Below are positions 46,390 to 55,945 of a DNA stretch of 64,000 bases, piece after piece. The translations under genes were made by a program, and so were the position numbers. The first letter of the stretch is position 1, and every line of letters begins with the position of its first letter. The stretch comes from an uncultured Asticcacaulis sp. (GTDB lineage Bacteria > Pseudomonadota > Alphaproteobacteria > Caulobacterales > Caulobacteraceae): NCBI GenBank assembly GCA_965650705.1, contig CBFGPQ010000002.1, positions 10,823-74,822 of the forward strand, written 5' to 3'. The notes under the pieces are model-generated. The model was not told the origin of the DNA. It saw nothing but the letters and a program-made list of their open reading frames with translations, and did not search any database.

Positions 46390-48435
46390 TTACGTCAACG
46401 GAATGCGGAGCGAGAGGCGGACCGTTCGCGGCTCAAAGGCATGGAAGTGGTAGTCATCCACCCCTTCTGCCGGTTCGCCGGGCAGGCGCGAGGTATAGTA
46501 GTAGCGGATCTCATCTCCCTTGCTGTCGAACAGGTTGAGGATTTCGAACTTCACTTGGAACCGGTCGAACTCATAGTCGAGCAGACCGTTGACCAATACC
46601 GTCGTGTCCGATCGCGCCGAATTGTCTTCGATCAGCGGCGCCGGTCCCAAGAGGCGACCTGTCAGCGTCATGCCCAGGCGCGAAGTAAGACGTGCTGTCA
46701 TGCCTCCCGTCAGCACGTATTCAAGCGCGTTTGGAATGCGATCGCCGTCTGGAGGACTGCCCTCGTAACGTGCGTGAGACACCGCGGCTGAGACATTGAA
46801 GTCGAGGCCGGGCCGGGGATTGTAGTCGAGCAGGAATTCAATACCCGCGCGGTTCGTGCCGTCGGTACTTGCGGTGTCGCCGCCATCGCCGATGTAAACC
46901 AACTCGGAATCGAGGTGCAGGGCCCACAATGCCGCCGTCGCTGTCAGGCCGTTGCGCGACCAGCGTGCGCCAAGCTCGGCCCCCGAAGACGGCGCGAACA
47001 GGACGACCTTATCGGCCGGGTCGTCCGTACCGGGAATAACCGAAATCGTGCCGCCGCGAAGATCATTGGAATGGAAGCCCGAGCCGGCATCGGCGTAAAG
47101 TTCCAAAGCCTGGGAGACACGCCAGGCCGCGGTGAATTTGGGGCTCAGCAAAGTGTCGCTGGCCGCGCCGCTGTTCCTGGGATCATTCGACCGAACCTTG
47201 CCGCCAATCGTGTCAAGCCGGAGCCCGCCGGTAACACGAACTGGACCAAAGGCGCGCGTCGCGTCGGCATAGACGGCGGCTGAATACTGCTTCACCTGGT
47301 CTTCGCGCACGGTCGACAGAATTTGCCGTTTTTCGGTGAAATAGAGCCCGACCTTGCCGGCGTCGTCGTAGCGCACTTCTGCTCCGGTGCGGATTTTCCA
47401 ACCCAGTATTAGCGTATCCCAGGCCTTAAGCAGCGATCCGCCATAGATCCAACGCTCGTCAGCCTGTTCGAACTGGTCGCCATGGATGGGGTCGCGGAGG
47501 AAATAGGTAAAGTTGGAAAAGAGAGCGAGTGTATAGCGCTGGGCATACAGGGTGGCGTCCAGTCCATCTTCGCCATGCCGTTGAAGCGCGGCGATATAGC
47601 GGGAGGTTTCGCCATAATCGCTGGTGTCGATGGCGCCCAGGCGCGTGATCAGGCTCTGGTCGACGGCGCGCTGAGGAATTTGGTCGTTGGCATTGGTGTG
47701 GGCGTCATAGGCCATTCCGGTCAATGACCAGTGGTTCAGGCCCAGGCCATCAAGCGCGAAACGGCCAATCACACTGATCTTGCGCTGGTTGTCGGCGTTA
47801 TCGTAAGGCCCGCGATAGCTGCCGAGCTCGACGGCGATAAAGCTGCGGTCGCCCAACCCCTTGACGCCCAGCAGGCGCCCATAGCCATTTTCGCCGATCG
47901 TCGTCTGAACATAAGACGGTGTGCCGTTGCGGAAGGTTTCAAAAGCCGCGCCGCCGGCATTTGAAAAGTCGCCCAGGTCGGCATAGTAGGGGCCCTTGCG
48001 ATATTTTATAGTCTCGACGACCTCGGGGATAATGCCGTTGAGATCGAGATAGCCCTGGCCATGGCCGTGGCTGCGCAGGTTGAGCGGCACACCGTCCAGC
48101 GACACGGTGAAGTCCGTGCCGTGATCCAGGTTGAAGCCGCGCAGGAAGTACTGGTTGGCCTTGGTGTTTCCCGAATGCTGGATGGCCGCCATGCCGGGTA
48201 TCACTTCGACCAGTTCGCCCGGGCGGGTTAAGGGTCGATCGGCAAACTTGGCAAACGACACGGTGCCTTCGCTGGCGGATGTCGCGATGCCGATATCGTT
48301 GCGACGCTTCCCGAACACATAGATATCCTGGGTGGCTTCGGGATCGGGAGCAGTCTCCGCTGCGGCAACCTGACACGCAGTGCCACACAGGAGGGCTGCG
48401 GCCGCAACCATCCCCGTTAACTTAGTCTTTGTCAT
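46390..48435 (-). CDS. TonB-dependent receptor (family often linked to Ni/Co uptake)
   Basis: Signal peptide, plug QHSGNTKANQYFLRGFNLDHGTDF, His-rich SHGHGQGY, C-terminal NLFD...HFH..EPRT. Confidence 0.88.
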   Translation of the reverse strand: MTKTKLTGMVAAAALLCGTACQVAAAETAPDPEATQDIYVFGKRRNDIGIATSASEGTVSFAKFADRPLTRPGELVEVIPGMAAIQHSGNTKANQYFLRGFNLDHGTDFTVSLDGVPLNLRSHGHGQGYLDLNGIIPEVVETIKYRKGPYYADLGDFSNAGGAAFETFRNGTPSYVQTTIGENGYGRLLGVKGLGDRSFIAVELGSYRGPYDNADNQRKISVIGRFALDGLGLNHWSLTGMAYDAHTNANDQIPQRAVDQSLITRLGAIDTSDYGETSRYIAALQRHGEDGLDATLYAQRYTLALFSNFTYFLRDPIHGDQFEQADERWIYGGSLLKAWDTLILGWKIRTGAEVRYDDAGKVGLYFTEKRQILSTVREDQVKQYSAAVYADATRAFGPVRVTGGLRLDTIGGKVRSNDPRNSGAASDTLLSPKFTAAWRVSQALELYADAGSGFHSNDLRGGTISVIPGTDDPADKVVLFAPSSGAELGARWSRNGLTATAALWALHLDSELVYIGDGGDTASTDGTNRAGIEFLLDYNPRPGLDFNVSAAVSHARYEGSPPDGDRIPNALEYVLTGGMTARLTSRLGMTLTGRLLGPAPLIEDNSARSDTTVLVNGLLDYEFDRFQVKFEILNLFDSKGDEIRYYYTSRLPGEPAEGVDDYHFHAFEPRTVRLSLRIPLT

Positions 48436-48545
48436 GCTGGTTGCCCGCCCTCTGTGCGCATCCCGCCGCGTCTTCCGTGAAGAGAAGGGATTTTGACGTC
48501 GAGGATGCCGCGTGGTCATGCCCTGACCGCGCGCTCATCCACAGA

Positions 48546-49382
48546 TTACATGCCCCAGAAGCGGTAGGTGACGGTCAGGTGGATGGTGTCGATACTGACC
48601 TCGTCCTCGCTGCGGCGGATATCCGTCCCGGAGGTGTTGGCGATCAGGAAGGGATTCGAAGCAAAAGTATTGGCGCTGGGCCCGGCGCGGACGATCGGGG
48701 CCTCGTCATCCAGCATGGTGTGGAGATATTCGACGCCGACCTTCCAGCGGTCATTGATGCGCTTTTCAAATCCGAGACCATATTGCGCGCCGCTGCCGTC
48801 GTCGCCGTCGGTGGCCGCAAAACTGTTCAGCGCATTGGTCGTGGCAAAAGTACGGTCGATTTCAGCCCAGGCATAGCCCGCCGTGCCGTAGATCAGCCAG
48901 TCATTGACCACATAGCCGAGGCGCGCGCGAATCGAGGCCAGCGTGTCGACCTGACGCGTGAATGTGTAGGCGGCCGGTGTCGTTGAAAAGCCGCTGACGC
49001 TGTCGCGGACATCGACGCCCGAGACATCGGCGACCAGGCCATAGACAACATTGCTGCTCTGCCAGTCATAACCCACGCGGACGCCAAACCCGCCGTCTTC
49101 CTTGTCACCTGAACAGCCGTCGCCGGGCGTCCGACCGATCGCCGCACCGGCACAGAAACCGGGCGAAAACGCATCCGCACCGCCTGCCGTCCGGACAGTA
49201 TCGTCATATTCGCCATCCAGATTGGTGTCGAACAATAGCGTCTCGCTATCCTCGCCCGACTGGGAACTGCCGAAACTGGCGCCGGCATAAAGTCCGGACC
49301 ATTCTTGCGCCGTCGCCACGCAGGGCAGGGCAATGACACCGGCGACGGATACCGATGCGAGCGTTTTCGAGAGCATTTTCAT
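48546..49382 (-). CDS. Outer-membrane beta-barrel (Omp25/RopB-like)
   Basis: Signal peptide, WSGLYAG, GYDWQ, SIRARLGY, C-terminal TYRF. Confidence 0.82.
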   Translation of the reverse strand: MKMLSKTLASVSVAGVIALPCVATAQEWSGLYAGASFGSSQSGEDSETLLFDTNLDGEYDDTVRTAGGADAFSPGFCAGAAIGRTPGDGCSGDKEDGGFGVRVGYDWQSSNVVYGLVADVSGVDVRDSVSGFSTTPAAYTFTRQVDTLASIRARLGYVVNDWLIYGTAGYAWAEIDRTFATTNALNSFAATDGDDGSGAQYGLGFEKRINDRWKVGVEYLHTMLDDEAPIVRAGPSANTFASNPFLIANTSGTDIRRSEDEVSIDTIHLTVTYRFWGM

Positions 49383-49414
49383 GGAACAGCCTGTCGGAGA
49401 TTTGAGTACCGCCT

Positions 49415-49443
49415 CTCTTACGTGCAAGTCCGGATTTTTGATG
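49415..49443 (-). promoter_or_regulatory. ECF-type promoter (copy 4) of the OMP-TonB receptor operon
   Basis: Minus strand CATCAAAAATCCGGACTTGCACGTAAGAG, 23/29 identical to copy 2. Confidence 0.7.
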
Positions 49444-49557
49444 AAACGCAGATAGCACTTCCGCTTTCGGGCAAATAATTGCGAACCGCCACCAGACCGG
49501 TTCGACTTCCGCTCCTGGCGCGAAGGCATCGGACAAGCATTGGGACTGTTTCACGAG

Positions 49558-51012
49558 CTAACGAATATTTTTCAATAGAACCGAGATTGCTCCGCACGCC
49601 GCCCCACAGTTTTCCCTCCGAATGTTAGTGATGCTCGCAAGTAGGCCTGGCTTGGCATCGTCCTGCGACGCATACCAAATGGAAAGGGGGACTGGAGCGA
49701 TACCGAGGTTTCGAGCAACTGCGGCCAACCCCCTGTCGTCGATGTGCGGCGGCACCTGAATTTTCAGTGCGAGCCCCGACGTTTCTGTGGTTATGTCCAG
49801 ATCTGTCAAAGCCTCCAAAGCCAAGGCGCGTTGCTTGGCGTAAAGAACCTTCATCTTTCGCAAATGTCGGAGATAGTGCCCGCCGCCGAGGAACTCCGTC
49901 ATCGCCCTCTGTATCAATGAGGTTGGGGCAGGGCTTAGTGTCGAAGCCATCTCGATGAACCGACCGGCCAGCGACGGTGGGCAGACCAGAAAGCCCATTC
50001 CCAGGCTTGGGCTCATGGTCTTGCTGAAAGATCCAATGTGGATGACGCGGTCAGCCCCATCGCCAGATGCCAGAGCCGGAGTCGCCCGGCCATCAAGCTG
50101 CAATTCGCTGAGGTAGTCGTCTTCGATGATCCAGGCATTCCTTGCTGTCGCCCAGTCTAGCAGCGCCAGTCGGCGATCGGGTGATAGGGACATGCCAAGC
50201 GGGGCCTGCTGTCCCGGTGTGACGAGAGCGATCTTCGCGTCGGGTAATTTCGCAATGCCATTGGCGACCCGAATGCCTTCGTGATCCACCGGCACGGGCG
50301 TGACCGAGAGACCTGCGAGTTCCAGCGCCTTCCGCCCGAGTGGATAGCCCGGATCTTCAACCCAGGCATTGCCACTTGCGACTTGAAGAGCCGACAATGC
50401 CAGCGTCAGACCCTGGCGGTAGCCACTGGTGACAACGATCTGGTCTGGGTGGCATTGGATTTGTCGGCTTACCGCCAGATGGCTGGCGATCTGGGCGCGA
50501 AGGCCATGTTCACCCTGCGGATCGGCATAAGCCTGGGCATGAAGACTGTCCGCCCGCGCCGCATTCGTCACCATTCGCTGCCAAAGTTTGAAAGGAAAGC
50601 CGGCCTGAGACGGCACACCCATTTGAAACGGCAGAACGCCGCCCGGCTGGGGGCGGCCGAATGGGAGGAGGGGGCAATCCAGAAGCCGTTCTGCGGAGGC
50701 GGAGATAACTGGTTGAACTGGCAAGCGCGAGTGAACGCGCATCCCCGCCGAACCGGCACCAAAGATAAGGCTTTCATCGACCAGCCGATCATAGGCTGAC
50801 CGGACCGTGCCCCGTGCCACACCAAGCTGGATGGCCAAGTCTCGACCCGATGGCAGTCGCGCTTCGGGCGCCAGCACACCGCTCTGAATGGCGGTCCTCA
50901 GACTGCGAAATATCTGCTCGCCGACCGGCGTGGAGCCAGCCCGGTCGAGATGGATAGAGAGCGCGGCAGGTGCGTTTGGACCAGTCACTTTTCCATTTCC
51001 TGGGCCTGTCAT
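49558..51012 (-). CDS. GntR/MocR-family PLP-dependent regulator
   Basis: wHTH LPSGRDLA..LGVARGTV, EDPGY, IIEDDY, IGSFSK. Confidence 0.9.
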   Translation of the reverse strand: MTGPGNGKVTGPNAPAALSIHLDRAGSTPVGEQIFRSLRTAIQSGVLAPEARLPSGRDLAIQLGVARGTVRSAYDRLVDESLIFGAGSAGMRVHSRLPVQPVISASAERLLDCPLLPFGRPQPGGVLPFQMGVPSQAGFPFKLWQRMVTNAARADSLHAQAYADPQGEHGLRAQIASHLAVSRQIQCHPDQIVVTSGYRQGLTLALSALQVASGNAWVEDPGYPLGRKALELAGLSVTPVPVDHEGIRVANGIAKLPDAKIALVTPGQQAPLGMSLSPDRRLALLDWATARNAWIIEDDYLSELQLDGRATPALASGDGADRVIHIGSFSKTMSPSLGMGFLVCPPSLAGRFIEMASTLSPAPTSLIQRAMTEFLGGGHYLRHLRKMKVLYAKQRALALEALTDLDITTETSGLALKIQVPPHIDDRGLAAVARNLGIAPVPLSIWYASQDDAKPGLLASITNIRRENCGAACGAISVLLKNIR

Positions 51013-51015
51013 TAC

Positions 51016-51044
51016 ATAATTCGGAGTGATAATATCCGCATTAT
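51016..51044. promoter_or_regulatory. Rrf2-type palindromic operator
   Basis: ATAATTCGGA-N9-TCCGCATTAT between the divergent MocR and Rrf2 genes. Confidence 0.6.
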
Positions 51045-51669
51045 GACAAGCGAAATTCAATCTGTCGATAATGATCATTTTCCAAGCCGGGATGATCTGG
51101 GAGCAGCCGGGCGCCCAAGAGGGGCTTCGGCCTTTTACAGCGCTTCGGCAGAGTACGGTCTGCACGCTGTTCTCTGGTTGCTATCCGAGCATCCCAAGCG
51201 GGCAAGCAGTCGTGACCTGGCGGAGATGCAAGGTTTGCCGCCGGCCATGTTGGCAAAGGTGATGCAGAAGCTGGAGAAGGGCGGGATCGTCAGGTCCAGC
51301 GGCGGTATTTCCGGCGGCTATGAGCTGGCTCGTCTGGCGTCGGAGGTTAGCGTTCTGGATGTGGTCGATGCGATCGAGGGCGACCGCCGTCTTTTTGACT
51401 GCAAGGAAGTGCGGCGGGGATGCGTCCTGTTTGGCGATAGTCCGCCGGCATGGTCCGTCGATGGCGTCTGCCGGATACATGCCGTGATGCTGCGCGCAGA
51501 GAAACGGATGCGCGCTGAGTTGGCCAGAACGACGCTTGCGGACTTGGTGCAAGGCGGGCGCCCGCCTGAGTTCGAAACCCTTGTGGCCGACTGGTTCCGA
51601 GACCGAAGTACAGCGCGAGAAACTGCACGTATCACGGCTGTAAAAGAGGGCCGACGCACCTCTCGCTGA
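51043..51669 (+). CDS. Rrf2-family regulator (RsrR-like Fe-S); start uncertain
   Basis: EYGLH, GISGGYELAR, LDVVDAIEG, CKEVRRGC, CRIH. Confidence 0.82.
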   Translation: MTSEIQSVDNDHFPSRDDLGAAGRPRGASAFYSASAEYGLHAVLWLLSEHPKRASSRDLAEMQGLPPAMLAKVMQKLEKGGIVRSSGGISGGYELARLASEVSVLDVVDAIEGDRRLFDCKEVRRGCVLFGDSPPAWSVDGVCRIHAVMLRAEKRMRAELARTTLADLVQGGRPPEFETLVADWFRDRSTARETARITAVKEGRRTSR

Positions 51670-51757
51670 GATGATTCCCGTCATTTAGCGACTACCCAAC
51701 GCCGGCTTGAGCATCCGGCGACGGGAAACCTGTATCCGCTCAACAAAGGAAAAGCAC

Positions 51758-52204
51758 ATGACAAGGATGAACTGGTCTCAAGTTGCCCCGGAAGGCGCCA
51801 AGGCGCTTTTCGCTGTCCACCAGTATGTAACGAAGAGCACTGATCTGCCCGAAGAACTGATCCATCTGATCTTCCTCCGAGTTTCCCAGATCAACGGCTG
51901 CGCACACTGCATCGACATGCATGGCCGCGACCTTCGCAAAACCATGTCAGTCGATAAGGTCTTGCTGGTGCCGGTCTGGGATGAGGTTCCGCATGTCTTC
52001 TCTGAACAGGAGCGCGCCGCTCTGGCCTGGGCCGAGGAGGTCACGCTGGTCAGCGAGACCCATGCGTCGGACGAAGCCTATGCGGCCGCCTCGGCTTTCT
52101 TTTCTCCCAAAGATTTGGTCGACCTCACCATTGCGATCGCGGCCATGAATGCTTTCAACCGCTTGGGTGCGCCATTCCGCCTGCCAGTCAAGGCGACCGC
52201 CTAG
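51758..52204 (+). CDS. Carboxymuconolactone decarboxylase/AhpD-family protein
   Basis: RVSQINGCAHCIDMH, ERAALAWAE, MNAFNR; AAGGA RBS. Confidence 0.9.
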   Translation: MTRMNWSQVAPEGAKALFAVHQYVTKSTDLPEELIHLIFLRVSQINGCAHCIDMHGRDLRKTMSVDKVLLVPVWDEVPHVFSEQERAALAWAEEVTLVSETHASDEAYAAASAFFSPKDLVDLTIAIAAMNAFNRLGAPFRLPVKATA

Positions 52205-52210
52205 TCTAAT

Positions 52211-52236
52211 GGCGGGAGCGATTCATCGCTCCCGCC
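52211..52236 (+). terminator. Hairpin after the CMD gene
   Basis: GGCGGGAGCGA-TTCA-TCGCTCCCGCC; no U-tract. Confidence 0.5.
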
Positions 52237-52692
52237 CGCATCACGCGGCGAGGGGAGACGTGTGCAGGCGCTAGAGAGCGCAGCGTGTAGATCTTGTATA
52301 GAGTGACATTTTTAATGTCCGCTTTTGAGCGAAAATCTCGAACCGCTGCTTAGTCGGTTCCGTGTCTGCTTCTGGCGCGAGCGGGGCGTCGCGCGTCAGA
52401 TCTTGCTAAATAGCTTTCATATTCAACCAAGGTGCTACTGCAAAGTGCCTGGCTTGCATACAATGTTATACGAAACCCTTACGCCGCCTAAATGTTACTA
52501 CTTTCCTACAATGGCTTCCTCTTAAATGTAGTGATGTTTCTACACTGTAGCGAATTTGCAACGAAGAAAAGCACAATAAAGAGAATGGCTTATAATCGCC
52601 ATCCGGAGTCGATTCCCCGCTTGTCGATGGACAAAATCGCGGGTAGCCATGCCGTAACTGGCACCGGGGAAACACCGGTAGGGGAAACGCAA

Positions 52693-54921
52693 ATGACACG
52701 AACGAAGAGCGCATGGCGCTTCTGCGGCCTGATGACGGCTGCCCTTTTGATCGCAATATCCGCCCATGCGGAAGACGCCGCGCGACCATCCGAAGCGGAG
52801 GAACCGACCGAACTGGTTGTTACCGCCCGCAAGCGCACCGAAGCGCTGCAGGACGTGCCGCTGTCGATCAGCGCCGTGACCAATGCCGAGCTGGATCGCC
52901 GCAATGTCCAGGACGTCAATACGCTGTACGGACAGGTGCCCGGCCTGTTCACCGCGCCGGGTTCGGTCAGCGCGACGACCGACCTCGGCTACCTGACCAT
53001 GCGCGGCGTCGGTTTCAATGCCGGGCTGGAACCGGCGGTCGGCGTCTTTATCGACGGCATGTACCAGCCGCAGATCGGCTTCGACGTCGCTATGCTGGAC
53101 CTGCAACGCGTCGAAGTGCTGCGCGGACCGCAAGGCACATTGTTCGGCCGTAACACCCAAGGCGGGGCCATCAACATGATCACGCGCAAGCCGGGCGCCG
53201 AACTGCACGGTCGCCTGGCTGTCGATGCCGCCAGCTTCGGCACCTTCCGCGCGCAGGCAGCCATTGATGGCCCGATTGCCGGCAATGTCTATGGAGGGAT
53301 CAGCGCCGGCTATGCCCGTTCCGACGGCTTTATCCGCAACCGTGTCCTCGACCAGAACCAGGACGAATACGAACAGTACGCGGTGCGCGGCACCCTGCGC
53401 TGGGCGCCGTCCGACGCCACCGACGTCACCTTCATGGCGGACGCCAGCCAGCGCGACTATAACGAAGTGGTGCGCGGCGTGCGCCTCAATGGCGACCACG
53501 CCGTCAGCCTGATCGACCAGGACAAGCCCGACGCCAAGAGCAATCATGGTGCCCAGCTGAATGTCACCCAGGCATTCGGTGACGGCCTGACCTTTACCTC
53601 GATCACCGGCTATCGCTATTCTGACTCCGACAACTTCCTCGACATGGAAAGCCGGCCATCCACCGGCGGAACGGCAATCCTACCGGCCTATCCCGTATTG
53701 GCGCCGAACCCGGTGACCGTTCATGGCGCGACCCTAGCCGCCCAGGTCGACCAAACCTTTGTCAGCCAGGAGTTCCGCTTGGAAGGCGAGGGCGCCAACT
53801 ATAACTGGGTCGGTGGGCTCTATATCTTCCAGCAGGAGCAGAACCAGACCCGCCAGCGTCAAGCCGGTCCCGGAGCAGCGCCGACCGTCCCGGCCGCATT
53901 CTATATCCACGAAGTCTACAAGGACGAGCGCAAGGGCCAGGCATTGTTCGGCCAAGTCAGTTACCGCCCGGCCGAGAAGCTGGAACTGACCCTGGGCCTG
54001 CGCAGTTCGAAGGAAGAGGTCGACGGCACGGGCAGCAAGGTCTCGGTCTTCGGCGCGCCGGTTAATCGCGCCAGCCCGCTGGTCCGCGACGGCCATCCCG
54101 ACTTCGACAACACCTCATGGATGGGGTCGATTGCCTATAAATTCATGCCGGAGGCGTCGGTCTACGCCACCTATGCCGAAGGCTGGAAGGCCGGCGGGGT
54201 CGACCGTTATCCCGGTCGCACCGACAATCTGGTTTATCGAGACGAAAGCTCGCGTAACTATGAGATCGGCCTTAAGTCCGTGCTGTTCGACCGCCGCCTG
54301 ACGCTGAACGCCGCGTTCTACCACATCGATATCGAAAACCAGCAGTTGCCGAATGTCATCCCCGATCCGAAGGGCGGGCCGGTGCCGATCAGCGTTGTCG
54401 AAGACGCCGCTCGCGCGCACGTCGACGGCTTCGAAGGCGAAATAGTCTACCGCGCGTTCGCCGGCCTGACCTTTAACGCCAGCGTCTCCTATTCGGATGG
54501 CGTGCTCGATGACTTTGTCCGCCGCTTCTCGGCCACCGACACCTTCGACATGTCCGGCACATCGTTCGAAAACGTCCCGAAGATTACCGCCTATGCTTCC
54601 GTGCTCCATAACCGCGACATCGGCGGCGGGCGTACCCTAGACCTGTTCGCCGAATACACCCATGTCGGCGAGATCATCTTCCAAGACAATACCCGTATGT
54701 CCAAGGCGCGCGACCAGCTGACCACGCCGGCCTATGACCGGGTCAATGTCTCGGGCACGGTCAATCTGAATTCGGGTGTGCGTGTCGCTCTGTACATCAA
54801 TAACCTGTTCGACAGTTTCGACTATTCCTATGCCTCGTCCGACCCGTTCCTGGGCGGCGACGTCTTCGTCATCCCGCTGGCGCCGCGTCAGTTGGGTGTG
54901 CGCGTTGCAAAGCGGTTCTGA
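52693..54921 (+). CDS. TonB-dependent receptor
   Basis: ELVVTARKR..LQDVP.SI, VEVLRGPQGTLFGRNT.GGAIN, C-terminal NNLFD...PRQLGVRV..F. Confidence 0.93.
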   Translation: MTRTKSAWRFCGLMTAALLIAISAHAEDAARPSEAEEPTELVVTARKRTEALQDVPLSISAVTNAELDRRNVQDVNTLYGQVPGLFTAPGSVSATTDLGYLTMRGVGFNAGLEPAVGVFIDGMYQPQIGFDVAMLDLQRVEVLRGPQGTLFGRNTQGGAINMITRKPGAELHGRLAVDAASFGTFRAQAAIDGPIAGNVYGGISAGYARSDGFIRNRVLDQNQDEYEQYAVRGTLRWAPSDATDVTFMADASQRDYNEVVRGVRLNGDHAVSLIDQDKPDAKSNHGAQLNVTQAFGDGLTFTSITGYRYSDSDNFLDMESRPSTGGTAILPAYPVLAPNPVTVHGATLAAQVDQTFVSQEFRLEGEGANYNWVGGLYIFQQEQNQTRQRQAGPGAAPTVPAAFYIHEVYKDERKGQALFGQVSYRPAEKLELTLGLRSSKEEVDGTGSKVSVFGAPVNRASPLVRDGHPDFDNTSWMGSIAYKFMPEASVYATYAEGWKAGGVDRYPGRTDNLVYRDESSRNYEIGLKSVLFDRRLTLNAAFYHIDIENQQLPNVIPDPKGGPVPISVVEDAARAHVDGFEGEIVYRAFAGLTFNASVSYSDGVLDDFVRRFSATDTFDMSGTSFENVPKITAYASVLHNRDIGGGRTLDLFAEYTHVGEIIFQDNTRMSKARDQLTTPAYDRVNVSGTVNLNSGVRVALYINNLFDSFDYSYASSDPFLGGDVFVIPLAPRQLGVRVAKRF

Positions 54922-54925
54922 CACC

Positions 54926-55945
54926 ATGGACAAGTCGCGCAGGAAGGAGAAGACCTACACGCCTGGGCCCGTCGTCATGGCGGCCTGGCCGGAAGGCGTG
55001 TCGGGCAATGTGCTGAACGGGCAGGGCGAGACGACCTTCCGCAAGGCGTCACCCATGTTCTGGCACCCGGCGCCACAACACCCCTTTGGCACTTTGCAGC
55101 AGATCGCGAGCGATGGCTGCCGGGTGACGCCTGAGGCGGTCGAGGAGTTCCTGAAGGCCCGCGACTATCCGCCTTTGGTACCAATCAATCCCGAACGCGT
55201 CGAGCGCACGCGTGCGGAATGGACGGCCATGGCGCGCGAATTTGCGCTCAGCAACGAGTCCGACCTGTTTGGCGCCACGACGGTCAAGGAACACTATATC
55301 GTCGAAGGTTATAGCATCGACGTGCCCAATGTCGTGGCGCTGGGCTTCGCCCACAATTACGACAACCTGAAACAGGTCCCGAGTTCTCCCGAAAACGGCA
55401 AGGGCATTGCCGAGGTCGGCCGGCAGTATGCCCGCTGCACGCGCGCCTCGTACAAGCTGGCCAACTGGATCCGCGAGCAGGGCTTCTTCGCCTATCCCTA
55501 TCCGGGGCCGCGCGCCGACGCTCTGCTGCTGATCCCAGCGGCGATCGATGCGGGTTTGGGCGAACTGGGCAAGCATGGCTCTCTGATCAACCGGACGTGG
55601 GGAGCAAACCTGCGCCTGGCGGGTGTGACGACCGACATGCCGCTGGTCTTCAACGATGAGGATGTCTTCGGTTCGGATGACTTCTGTCTGAACTGCCGGG
55701 TCTGCGACGATGCCTGCCCGCCGGGCGCCATCACCGACCACAAGCAGTGGGTACGCGGCGTCGAGCGCTGGTACGTCGATTTCGACAAGTGCATCCCGTA
55801 CTTCGCCGAAAACGCAGGCTGCGCCATTTGCCTGGCCGTCTGTCCATGGTCACGGCCGGGTGTCGCCGACAACCTGGTGAATAAGATGGCCAAGCGCCGT
55901 GAGGCGCAGTTGGCTGCTCGCGCATCTAAGAAGGACGGCCAATGA
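54926..55945 (+). CDS. Reductive-dehalogenase/QueG-like 2x[4Fe-4S] protein
   Basis: AIDAGLGELGKHG, LRLAGVTTDMPL, CLNCRVCDDACP, DKC..CAICLAVCPW; no Tat signal. Confidence 0.78.
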   Translation: MDKSRRKEKTYTPGPVVMAAWPEGVSGNVLNGQGETTFRKASPMFWHPAPQHPFGTLQQIASDGCRVTPEAVEEFLKARDYPPLVPINPERVERTRAEWTAMAREFALSNESDLFGATTVKEHYIVEGYSIDVPNVVALGFAHNYDNLKQVPSSPENGKGIAEVGRQYARCTRASYKLANWIREQGFFAYPYPGPRADALLLIPAAIDAGLGELGKHGSLINRTWGANLRLAGVTTDMPLVFNDEDVFGSDDFCLNCRVCDDACPPGAITDHKQWVRGVERWYVDFDKCIPYFAENAGCAICLAVCPWSRPGVADNLVNKMAKRREAQLAARASKKDGQ

